Of a stretch of 15,285 nt of DNA, positions 1-7,869 are shown piece by piece. Both the position numbers and the translations under genes were made by a program. Each line of letters opens with the position of its first letter. Positions within the stretch are counted from its first letter, which is position 1. The stretch is taken from assembly GCA_044866005.1 (NCBI GenBank), contig JBIOTN010000168.1, positions 1 to 15,285 of the forward strand, given 5' to 3'. This DNA comes from Candidatus Rokuibacteriota bacterium. GTDB lineage: Bacteria > Methylomirabilota > Methylomirabilia > Rokubacteriales > DASRDR01. The notes under the pieces were generated by a model. That model was given only the letters and a program-made list of their open reading frames with translations, had not been told where the DNA came from and searched no databases.

Positions 1-55
1 CTGTCCGAGTGAGGGCGGTCGATCCCGCCCGCGTGCTCGGGGCGCGGCGGCGGGC

Positions 56-757
56 TCACGCACGGCCGCGGCCGACGGTCGTCAGGCGACAGACCCGGTC
101 GGCCTGATACGGGCAGGGGTAGAGGTCCGCGTCGCCGGGGCGGCGGGCGCGCCGCCGACGGTGGAAGGTGCAGCCGCGCGGGCAGAGGAGTCTCCCCGCC
201 CGGGGACCGGCGCCGGAGACGAGCCGGGGTCCCGGCCGGGCCCCGCGCCGCCCCGGGGCCGGGGAGATCGTCCGGGGCCAGGCCTCGCTCGCGCCCGGGC
301 TCGCCAGGCCGCCACGTTCCAGGACGGGCCCCATCCCGGCGCGGGCAGTCGCGGCGCCGACGCCGAGGGCGAGGATCGTGGCCTCGGCCCGGCTGGCCGG
401 GGCGGCGCTCGTCCGCGCGTGCACCGGCGCGCGCTCCGGGGTGACGCGTCCGGCCTGATACCGCCGGTCGCGCGCGCGTCTCAGCGCGCCCTGGAGGTAA
501 ACCGGGGTGATGCCGCTCACCCAGTAGACGAGGTCCTCGCGCTTGCTCTGGCTCGTCTCGCGGCCCGTCGTCAAGGGGGCGCCGCCGGACAGCGGGAGGA
601 AGGCGAACCAGCCCTCCCACGACCCCCGGGCCCGGTGGCTCGCCCAGTGGCTCGCGTAGACGCGCGCGACGTACCACAGGCCATCAGACCCCTCGACGAC
701 CTGGGCGTACTCGTGGACGAACTCGATCACCGCCCGACCGTTCCGAATACGACGCAT
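56..757 (-). CDS. Hypothetical protein: N-terminal domain (WEGWFAF...GRETSQSKREDLVYWVSGITPVYLQGAL), Ala/Pro/Gly/Arg-rich linker, C-terminal Cys/His-rich tail
   Basis: 3' part of ORF 56..1129. The N-terminal ~90 aa are globular and aromatic-rich, and resemble from memory an uncharacterised family with the motif WEGW..F...RET.Q..R..L.YW..G.T..YL.GAL. Codons are GC3-rich to the stop. Start is uncertain: ATG 805, ATG 757 (AGGAG just upstream) or GTG 730. Confidence 0.65.
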   Translation of the reverse strand: MRRIRNGRAVIEFVHEYAQVVEGSDGLWYVARVYASHWASHRARGSWEGWFAFLPLSGGAPLTTGRETSQSKREDLVYWVSGITPVYLQGALRRARDRRYQAGRVTPERAPVHARTSAAPASRAEATILALGVGAATARAGMGPVLERGGLASPGASEAWPRTISPAPGRRGARPGPRLVSGAGPRAGRLLCPRGCTFHRRRRARRPGDADLYPCPYQADRVCRLTTVGRGRA

Positions 758-879
758 GAGCTCCTGGAGGCTCCGACTGAACGCCACGGGCGGCATCCCG
801 GCCATCTCTTCTCGACAGGCCGCCGGCCGGCCACTACGCTGGCCAGCCGCCGCGCACGCCACCCGGGCTTGCTTGACGC

Positions 880-895
880 AGCAAACCGCGTACCG
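880..895 (-). promoter_or_regulatory. Candidate sigma54 (-24/-12) promoter for the hypothetical gene
   Basis: Minus strand reads CGGTACGCGGTTTGCT, i.e. GG-N10-GC with ACG and TTGCW matching the consensus TGGCACG-N4-TTGCW. Confidence 0.5.
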
Positions 896-928
896 GCCGG
901 TGCTCCCCCTGGGGCGCCTTGGCCGCTT

Positions 929-944
929 CGGTTCCCCCTTTGCA
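929..944 (+). promoter_or_regulatory. Candidate sigma54 (-24/-12) promoter for the gvpA-like gene
   Basis: CGGTTCCCCCTTTGCA has exact GG-N10-GC spacing and TTGCA, about 70 nt upstream of ATG 1016. The -24 element is a weak match. Confidence 0.35.
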
Positions 945-1015
945 TCCCACCTGACCTGACAGCCGGCGCCGGCCGCGAGCCCACCGAGGCGCGCGGCCCT
1001 CGGTCGGAGCGCAAG

Positions 1016-1297
1016 ATGCCCATCGAACGAAGCGTCCCCAGCGCCAGCCTCGGCGAGATCCTGGAGCGCGTCCTGGACAAGGGCCTCGTGATCGAGATGG
1101 GCGAGGCGTCGGCGCGCCTCTCTCTGCACGGCCTCGACCTCTTGAGCGTGGAGGCCGACGTCGTCCAGGCGTCGCTGGCGCGGCCCGCGTCGACGATCCG
1201 GGTCGTCTCGGTCGCCGAGACCGAGCCGTCCGTGCCGGCCCCCGCCGCGCTCCCGGCGTGGAAACGGAGCGAGACGCGGCGGCGCGGCGCCGCCTGA
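1016..1297 (+). CDS. gvpA: Gas vesicle structural protein GvpA/GvpJ family, divergent (93 aa)
   Basis: SASLGEILERVLDKGLVIE...ARLSLHGLDLLSVEADVVQAS aligns with GvpA [42 protein letters not shown]. GGAG RBS lies upstream of ATG 1016, which is in frame with ORF 161..1297. Confidence 0.8.
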   Translation: MPIERSVPSASLGEILERVLDKGLVIEMGEASARLSLHGLDLLSVEADVVQASLARPASTIRVVSVAETEPSVPAPAALPAWKRSETRRRGAA

Positions 1298-1319
1298 GCC
1301 TCGCCGGACCGACCGCGCG

Positions 1320-3830
1320 TCAGCGCGGTGTCGGAGTGCGGGCGGGCTGGCGCGGGCGCGGGGCGGGCCGCTCGGCGTCGCCGCGGATCGCGCGGAGCGC
1401 TTCCGCCGCCGTCCGGCGGATCCGGCCGTCCACGTCCGGCGCCTGGCTCAGCTGCTGGAGCCGCGGGACGGCCCGCTCGTCCCCGAACTGGCCGAGCGCG
1501 GCGATCGCGGCGAGCTGGACGCGGAGATACCGGTCGCGCGTGCGGGCGCGCAGCGTCCGCAGCGCCGCCGCGTCGCCGCGCCCCAGCCGCGCGAGCATGC
1601 GGATGGCGGCCATGCGGGAGGGGTGCGGGAAGCCGTAGCGCGTCCGGGCCCGCAGGAGGGCGAGCGTCCCGTCCGCCCCCAGCTCGGCGAGCGCCTCCAC
1701 CGCCCCGACCCGTACCGTATCGTTCCACGACTCGGCGTCGCGCAGCGCGCGGGTGAGCTCGGGCGCCAGAGTCCCGTCCCGGGCCCGGCCGAGGGCGCGG
1801 AGCGCCTCGGCGGCCACGAAATACGAGGGGTCCTCGCGACCGAGCCGCCCGAGGAGCGGGAGGACGCGCGGGCTCCGGAACTCGCCGAGCGCGCGGACGA
1901 CGGCGCGCCGAACCCGCGGATCGGGCGTCCGCACGGCGCGGACGAGCGCGGCCAGCGCGGCCTCGCTGCGGATCTGGCCGAGCGCCGTCGCGATCTCGGC
2001 GCGGACGGCCCAGAAGCGCTCGCGCCCGAGCGCGGCCACGAGCCACGTCGCGGCCTCGGCCGTCCCGAGACGCCCCAGGGCCTGGGCCGCCTCCACGCGG
2101 CCGATCGGATGCGGGTCGCGGCGGAGCTGCGCCCGCCAGAGCGCCGGCGCGCGGCTCCACTCGAGCCGCTTGAGGATCCAGTGCTCGGGGTCGACGAGGA
2201 CCAGCTCCGGCTCGCGCGGCAGCCGGTAACTGAAGCGTGCCTCTTTCCCGTCCACCGTCTCGCGGACGCGCCGCCGGTCGCCCCGGCGGCGTCCCCAGAC
2301 GAGCTCGACCTCGAGCGGCATGGCGAAGAGCGCCACGTCGTCCCCGGTCTTCTGCGTCTGGCGGACGACGAGGTGGGCGCGCCGGGCGCGGGCATCCCAC
2401 CAGTACGCGACGCGGTACTCCGGGTGCCCGGCCTTGAAGACCCACTGGTCGAAGAAGCGACGGAGGTTCTGTCCGGTCGCCTCCTCGATGGCGACGACGA
2501 GGTCCGCCGTCTCGACCGAGGCGCTTCCCCGGTGGCGGCGCACGTAGTGCCGGATGGCGCGCCAGAAGTCGCGCTCGCCGAGCACGTAGCGCAGCATGTG
2601 GAGGACGCAGGCGCCCTTCTCGTAGAGGTGGCGGTCGAAGAGGTCGGACGGGGTCCGCCAGACGTTGGTGACGATCGGCCGGCGGTAGCGCTCGCGGTCC
2701 TCGTCGAGGTAGGCCCGCGCGTTCTGCCACATCTTCACGGCGAACTCGTCCCGCCCCCGGTCGTGCTCGGTGAAGAGGGCGTCGAAGTAGGTGGCGAACG
2801 ACTCGTTCAGCCAGGCGTGGCTCCAGTCGCGGCAGGTGAGGAGGTCGCCGAACCACTGGTGCGCGAGCTCGTGGGCCATGAGCCCGGTCGCCATCGGCTC
2901 GACCTCGGGGTGGGCCCGCGCGTCGTGGAGCACCGTGTCCGTCTGGGTCGTGGCGGTCGTGTTCTCCATGCCGCCGTAGATGAAATCGGCGGCGGCGACC
3001 TGCGCGTACTTCTCGTAGGGGTAGCGGAGCCCGGTGGCGCGGGAGAAGAAGGCCAGGGCCTGCGGCGTCTTCCCGAAGGCGCGACGCATCTCCGCCTCGC
3101 GCCCGCGCTCGCAGTAGTAGGTGATGGGGATGCCGCGCCAGCGCTCCCGGAGCTCCCGGAAGCGCCCGACCGCCAGCGTGACGAGATAGGGCGAGTGCGG
3201 GGTGGCGAGCCGCCAGTGGTAGGTCACGCGGCCGCGGCCGGCGCGGCGCCGCGCCACGAGCCGGCCGTTGGAGACGGCGACGAAGCCCTGCGGGACGGTG
3301 GCGAGGAGCTCGGTGGTCGCCTTCTCGTGCGGGGCGTCGTGGCACGGAAACCAGTAGCGGGCGTACTCGTCCTGCCCCTGGGTCCAGGCCTGCGTGGGCC
3401 GCCGCGGGTACGCGCGGTCGGGACGGATGAAGTAGAGCCCGAGGCGGGGGCGCACGAGCCGGTAGTCCACGGTGACCGCCGTCTCCTGCCCCGCGGCGAG
3501 CGGGCGGGGCAGCCGGACCGTGAGCCGCCGGCCGTCGTAGGTGTGGCCAAGGGCGCGGCCGGTCGCGCCGCGGACCCGCACCCCGCGGAAGCCGACCGCG
3601 TCGAAGCCGAGCTCGGCCACGCCGTCCCGGAACGCCCGGAGGCGCGTCGTGCAGCGCCCCGCCGCCGCGCGCCGCATGATGTCCAGCTCGATGGCGAGGC
3701 GGATGTGCAGCGTGTCGAACGCGCGGTCGGGGGCGTAGCGCGGCTCCGTCCCGGGCAGCGCGTATCGTGGGTCCGGCGCCGTCCCGGTGAGGGCGGCGTC
3801 GGCCAGATCGAGGCGCCGGCAGTAGTCCAT
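1320..3830 (-). CDS. M1 family zinc aminopeptidase (PepN-like) with C-terminal HEAT repeats (~836 aa)
   Basis: GGMEN exopeptidase motif; HELAHQWFGD...WLNESFA (HExxH-X18-E); YEKG; N-terminal ARYWFPCHD; repeated helical C-terminal units (VRRAVVRALGEF, AAIAALGQFGD). The real start is M-DYCRR at 3830 within ORF 1320..5960. Confidence 0.95.
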   Translation of the reverse strand: MDYCRRLDLADAALTGTAPDPRYALPGTEPRYAPDRAFDTLHIRLAIELDIMRRAAAGRCTTRLRAFRDGVAELGFDAVGFRGVRVRGATGRALGHTYDGRRLTVRLPRPLAAGQETAVTVDYRLVRPRLGLYFIRPDRAYPRRPTQAWTQGQDEYARYWFPCHDAPHEKATTELLATVPQGFVAVSNGRLVARRRAGRGRVTYHWRLATPHSPYLVTLAVGRFRELRERWRGIPITYYCERGREAEMRRAFGKTPQALAFFSRATGLRYPYEKYAQVAAADFIYGGMENTTATTQTDTVLHDARAHPEVEPMATGLMAHELAHQWFGDLLTCRDWSHAWLNESFATYFDALFTEHDRGRDEFAVKMWQNARAYLDEDRERYRRPIVTNVWRTPSDLFDRHLYEKGACVLHMLRYVLGERDFWRAIRHYVRRHRGSASVETADLVVAIEEATGQNLRRFFDQWVFKAGHPEYRVAYWWDARARRAHLVVRQTQKTGDDVALFAMPLEVELVWGRRRGDRRRVRETVDGKEARFSYRLPREPELVLVDPEHWILKRLEWSRAPALWRAQLRRDPHPIGRVEAAQALGRLGTAEAATWLVAALGRERFWAVRAEIATALGQIRSEAALAALVRAVRTPDPRVRRAVVRALGEFRSPRVLPLLGRLGREDPSYFVAAEALRALGRARDGTLAPELTRALRDAESWNDTVRVGAVEALAELGADGTLALLRARTRYGFPHPSRMAAIRMLARLGRGDAAALRTLRARTRDRYLRVQLAAIAALGQFGDERAVPRLQQLSQAPDVDGRIRRTAAEALRAIRGDAERPAPRPRQPARTPTPR

Positions 3831-3843
3831 CACTCGCCCGAAG

Positions 3844-3895
3844 CTTCTACCGGTCGGGTGCCGGCTTGTCAAGGCGCGGGGCGAGCGGGCATCAT
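3844..3895. promoter_or_regulatory. Overlapping divergent sigma70-type promoters
   Basis: Minus strand: perfect TTGACA (3872-3867), 17 nt, TAGAAG (3849-3844). Plus strand: TTGTCA (3866-3871), 18 nt, CATCAT (3890-3895). Confidence 0.45.
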
Positions 3896-3953
3896 CCCTG
3901 GTGTGCCCTGGGCCCCCGGCGTCCCCCTCCCCGTCGGTGCCATGGACGGGCCG

Positions 3954-5573
3954 ATGACCAGCCCCGCGACCGGCCGGCCGCTCACGCTCGCGCCCCGGGG
4001 GATGGTCACCTCGCCGCATGCGCTCGCCTCGGCGGCCGGGGCCGCCACCCTGCGCGCCGACGGCTCGGCGGTCGACGCCGCGATCACGACGAGCGCGGTC
4101 CTGAACGTCGTCTACCCGCACATGACCTCGCTCGGCGGTGACGCCTTCTGGCTCGTCTACGACGCCGGCCGCGGCGCGGTGTGGTTCCTCAACGCCGGCG
4201 GGCGCGCCCCGGCCGCCGCCACGGTCGAGGCCTACCGGTCGCGCGGCCTCGAGGAGATCCCGCACCGCGGCTGGCTCGCCGTCGCCAACGCGCCGGGCCT
4301 GGTGGCGGGATGGACGGCAGCCCACGCCGCGCACGGCCGCCGGCCGCTCGGCGAGCTCCTCGCGCCGGCGATCGAGTACGCGCGGCACGGCTTCCCGGTC
4401 ACCGCGCGTCTCGCCGGCTGGATCGCGCGCACCCGCGAGGTCCTGGCGGCGGTGCCGGAGAGCGCGGCGATCTACCTGCCGGGCGGGGTCGTGCCACGTC
4501 CCGGTCAGGTGCTCCGGTCCGCCGACCTCGCGCGCACGCTCGAGGCGATCGCGGGGGCGGGGCGGGCGGGGTTCTACGAGGGGGAGATCGCCAAGGAGAT
4601 CGCCCGCGCCAGCCGCGCCGGCGGCGGCCTCCTCGACGAGGCGGACCTCGCCGCCACGCGGGCGGACTGGGGCGCGCCGCTCACCGGAACCTACCGGGGC
4701 GTGACGCTCCACGAGACGCCGCCGCCGACGCAGGGGTTCACGGCGCTCCTGATCCTCGCCATGGTCGCGGACGACGACCTCCGCGCCCTGGGCCATCAGT
4801 CGGCCGACGCCATCCACCTCCTCGTGGAGGCGAAGAAGCTCGCCTTCGCCGACCGCAACCGCTACCTCGCGGACCCCACGTTCGCCACGGTGCCGGTGGC
4901 GCGGTGGCTCGACCCGGCGTACGCGCGCGAGCGGCGGCGCCTGGTCCAGGCGGACCGCGCGCAGGCCTGGGACCGGGTGCCCGCCGGGAGCCTGGAGGGC
5001 GACACCGTCTACGTCGCGGTCGTGGACGCGGACGGCAACGCCGTCTCCCTCATCCAGTCCCTCTACTACGGCTTCGGCTCGGGGGTCGTGGCCGGGCGCA
5101 CGGGCGTCCTCCTCCACAACCGCGGCGCCTACTTCTCGCTGGACCCGGCGCACCCGAACGCGCTCGCGCCCGGCAAGCAGCCGCTCCACACGCTGATGGC
5201 CTCGCTCGCCTTCGAGGGGGATCGCCTGCGCTGGGTCTTCGGCTGCATGGGGGCGGACGGCCAGCCCCAGATTCACGTCCAGGTCTACTCGGCGCTGATC
5301 GACTTCGGCCTCGACCTCCAGCAGGCGATCGAGGCCCCGCGCTGGCTGGCGGGCCGCTTCGCGCTCGAAGACCCGCGGGAGCGGCTGAACGTGGAAAGCC
5401 GGCTGCCGGCCTCCACGCTGGCGACCCTCGAGGCGCGGGGGCACGTCGTCACGCGCTGGGAACCCTGGGCGGAGCTCTGCGGCCACGCCCAGGGGATCGA
5501 GGTGCAGCCGGACACGGGGACCCGGATGGGCGCGGCCGACCCCCGCTCGGACGGCGCCGCGGTGGGGTACTGA
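3954..5573 (+). CDS. ggt: Gamma-glutamyltransferase family (Ntn hydrolase; YwrD/HpxW-like, cytoplasmic) (~539 aa)
   Basis: GMVTSPHALAS, GSAVDAAI, GGDAFW, FYEGEIA, PPPTQG, autocleavage site GD/TVYVAVVDADGNAVSLIQS, NRG..F, PGKQPLHTL, MGADGQPQ, ADPRSDG. No signal peptide. Alternative start at ATG 3942. Confidence 0.93.
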   Translation: MTSPATGRPLTLAPRGMVTSPHALASAAGAATLRADGSAVDAAITTSAVLNVVYPHMTSLGGDAFWLVYDAGRGAVWFLNAGGRAPAAATVEAYRSRGLEEIPHRGWLAVANAPGLVAGWTAAHAAHGRRPLGELLAPAIEYARHGFPVTARLAGWIARTREVLAAVPESAAIYLPGGVVPRPGQVLRSADLARTLEAIAGAGRAGFYEGEIAKEIARASRAGGGLLDEADLAATRADWGAPLTGTYRGVTLHETPPPTQGFTALLILAMVADDDLRALGHQSADAIHLLVEAKKLAFADRNRYLADPTFATVPVARWLDPAYARERRRLVQADRAQAWDRVPAGSLEGDTVYVAVVDADGNAVSLIQSLYYGFGSGVVAGRTGVLLHNRGAYFSLDPAHPNALAPGKQPLHTLMASLAFEGDRLRWVFGCMGADGQPQIHVQVYSALIDFGLDLQQAIEAPRWLAGRFALEDPRERLNVESRLPASTLATLEARGHVVTRWEPWAELCGHAQGIEVQPDTGTRMGAADPRSDGAAVGY

Positions 5574-5619
5574 GCGGGGGCCCGGGGGACGCCGGCCCGC
5601 CGGCCAGGGAGCCGCGAGG

Positions 5620-6741
5620 ATGAAGATCACCGACGTGCAGCCGATCCTGCTGGCGATCCCGTACCGGCCGCTCGATCCGCCCTCGCCCTGGACGGGGGGC
5701 CTCCGGAAGCAGCTCCTGGTGCGCGTCGAGACGGATGCGGGGCTCGTCGGCGTCGGCGAGGCGTTCGCGCTCGGCGCCCCGCGGGCGGTCTGCCAGGTGA
5801 TCGAGGAGGCCCTGCGCCCGCTCCTCCTGGGCGAGCCGGCCACGGAGATCGAGCGGCTCACCGACAAGCTCCATCGCGCCACGCTCCTCTTCGGGCGCCG
5901 GGGCCTCGGGATGTTCGCCATCAGCGGCGTCGAGCTGGCGCTCTGGGATCTCGCGGGCAAGGCGCGCGGCGTCCCCGTCTACGAGCTGCTCGGCGGGCTC
6001 GCGCAGCCGCGCGTCCGCGCCTACGCGAGCCTGCTCCGCTACGAGCGCCCGCACGAGGTCGGGCGCGCGGCGCGCGCCCTGGCCGCCCAGGGCTTCCGGG
6101 CCGTGAAGCTCCACCAGACCGACGTCGCCTCGGTGCGGGCCGCCCGCGAGGGCGTCGGCTCCGAGGTCGCGCTCATGCTGGACGTCAACTGCCCCTGGAC
6201 TCCGGCCGAGGCGATCCGGATGGGGCGCGCCCTCGCCGAGCACGACCTCGCGTGGCTCGAGGAGCCGGTGTGGCCGCCGGAGGACTATCGGGGCCTCGCC
6301 GCGGTGTCGGCGGCGCTCGACACGCCGATCGCGGCGGGCGAGAACGAGGCGACGGCCTTCGGCTTCCGCGAGATGATCGCCGCCCAGGCGGTGGACATCC
6401 TCCAGCCGAGCGTGACGAAGGTGGGGGGCCTCGGCGAGGCGAAGAAGATCTGCGCCCTCGCCGCCGCCTGGAACGTCCCGGTCGTCCCGCATTCCTTCTA
6501 CTTCGGCCCCGGGCTCGCCGCGACGCTCCAGCTGATCGCCTCCACGCCGGGCCTCGGCTACGTCGAGTTTCCGGGCGGGGAGCTCGAGACGCCGGTCCTG
6601 GCGGACCCGATCCAGGCGGTCGACGGCTGGGTGACCGTCCCCGGCGGCCCGGGGCTCGGCGTCACGCTGAACGACGAGGCCATCCGGCGCTACCCGTACG
6701 GCGCGGAGCCCTCCCGGCCGTTCACCACCGCGTCGCGGTGA
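5620..6741 (+). CDS. Mandelate racemase/muconate lactonizing enzyme family protein
   Basis: VRVETDAGLVGVGE, AISGVELALWDLAGKARGVPVYELLGG; metal ligands LDVN / WLEEP / AGEN; PGLGV C-terminus. Confidence 0.93.
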   Translation: MKITDVQPILLAIPYRPLDPPSPWTGGLRKQLLVRVETDAGLVGVGEAFALGAPRAVCQVIEEALRPLLLGEPATEIERLTDKLHRATLLFGRRGLGMFAISGVELALWDLAGKARGVPVYELLGGLAQPRVRAYASLLRYERPHEVGRAARALAAQGFRAVKLHQTDVASVRAAREGVGSEVALMLDVNCPWTPAEAIRMGRALAEHDLAWLEEPVWPPEDYRGLAAVSAALDTPIAAGENEATAFGFREMIAAQAVDILQPSVTKVGGLGEAKKICALAAAWNVPVVPHSFYFGPGLAATLQLIASTPGLGYVEFPGGELETPVLADPIQAVDGWVTVPGGPGLGVTLNDEAIRRYPYGAEPSRPFTTASR

Positions 6742-6766
6742 GCCACCGCGGGGAGGCGAGGGGGTC

Positions 6767-7858
6767 ATGAAGGTCACGCGCGTGGTCGCCACGACCCACC
6801 GGGTGCCGGCCCCGGTGCCGATCCTGCGCGAGCCGGTCGTGCGCGAGCTGGTGCTGGTCCGGGTCGAGACGGACGCCGGACCGGTCGGCTACGGGGTGAC
6901 GGGGCCGATCCAGCGCTTCGCCACCCGCGAGCTGATCAACCGGGAAATCGCGCCGCGGCTCGTGGGCAAGGACCCGCTCGCGACGGAGCGCCACTGGCAC
7001 GAGCTCTTCCACGCGCTCAACCCGCGCGCGCAGACCGGCGCCTGGTCCTCGGCCGTGAGCGCCGTGGACATCGCGCTCTGGGACCTGAAGGGGAAGCAGC
7101 TCGGCCAGCCGGTCTGGCGACTCCTCGGCGGCCACAGCGCGACGGTGCCGGCCTACGTCACCTTCGGCCTGCTGGAATATACTCGGGAGCAGCTCGTCGA
7201 GGCCGCCGGGCACTGGCTCGGCCAGGGCGCGGACAAGCTCAAGATGGTCGTGGCCGTCCACCACGGGCAGGACCCGGCCGAGGACGCGGCGCGGGTCCGC
7301 GCGGTCCGGGAGGCCGTGGGCGACCGCGTCGAGCTGATGGTCGACGCCAACTACCTCTTTTCCTTTCCGCACGCGCTCGACCTCTGCCGGCGGATCGAGC
7401 CGTACGGCATCACGTGGTTCGAAGAGCCGGTCTACGGCAACGACGCGCGGCTCCTGGCGAACCTGCGGCGCCAGACCCGGATCCCGATCGCGGCCGGCCA
7501 GAACGAGGGGCACAAGTGGCGGCACCGCGAGCTGCTCGTCCACGAGGCGGTGGACATCGTGCAGCCGAACGTCGTGTGGGTCGGCGGCTACACGGAGGCG
7601 GTCAAGGTCGCCGCCATGGCCCAGGCCTGGCACCTGCCGGTCGCCAACGGCGGCGGCTGGCCGCACCACAACATGCATCTCATCGCCGGGATCGCGAACG
7701 GCTGGCGGGTCGAGTTTCACGTGCCGATGTGGGTCATGGGCGAGCTCGTCTTCCGGGACCCGCCGCGTCCCGTCCGCGGGACGGTGACGCTTCGCGACGA
7801 CCCGGGGCTCGGGCTCACGCCGAACGAGGACGTGCTGAGAGACACGCTGGAGCCCTGA
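6767..7858 (+). CDS. Second MR/MLE family protein with atypical active site
   Basis: SAVDIALWDLKGKQLGQPVWRLLGG, MVDAN, WFEEP, AAGQN, PGLGL. GGGAGG/GAGGGGG upstream of the ATG. Confidence 0.92.
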   Translation: MKVTRVVATTHRVPAPVPILREPVVRELVLVRVETDAGPVGYGVTGPIQRFATRELINREIAPRLVGKDPLATERHWHELFHALNPRAQTGAWSSAVSAVDIALWDLKGKQLGQPVWRLLGGHSATVPAYVTFGLLEYTREQLVEAAGHWLGQGADKLKMVVAVHHGQDPAEDAARVRAVREAVGDRVELMVDANYLFSFPHALDLCRRIEPYGITWFEEPVYGNDARLLANLRRQTRIPIAAGQNEGHKWRHRELLVHEAVDIVQPNVVWVGGYTEAVKVAAMAQAWHLPVANGGGWPHHNMHLIAGIANGWRVEFHVPMWVMGELVFRDPPRPVRGTVTLRDDPGLGLTPNEDVLRDTLEP

Positions 7859-7869
7859 AGGAGGCGACC

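Noticed and set aside
13..30. Hairpin GGGCGG-TCGATC-CCGCCC as a terminator
   Set aside because: Short GC stem without a U-tract, expected by chance at this GC content.
161..1015. Long N-terminal extension of the GvpA-like protein
   Set aside because: Antisense to the hypothetical gene; GvpA similarity and the RBS point to ATG 1016.
727..3345. 872-aa minus ORF and similar Arg/Pro/Gly-rich long ORFs (4181..5623, 9041..10927, 12337..13263)
   Set aside because: Off-frame translations of real genes with low-complexity composition and no motifs.
1623..3953. N-terminal ~777-aa extension of the GGT ORF
   Set aside because: Antisense shadow of the aminopeptidase; stop codons are rare at this GC content.
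1320..5960. 1546-aa minus ORF as a single giant protein
   Set aside because: Only 1320-3830 has peptidase motifs; the upstream part is the antisense shadow of ggt and the first enolase gene.
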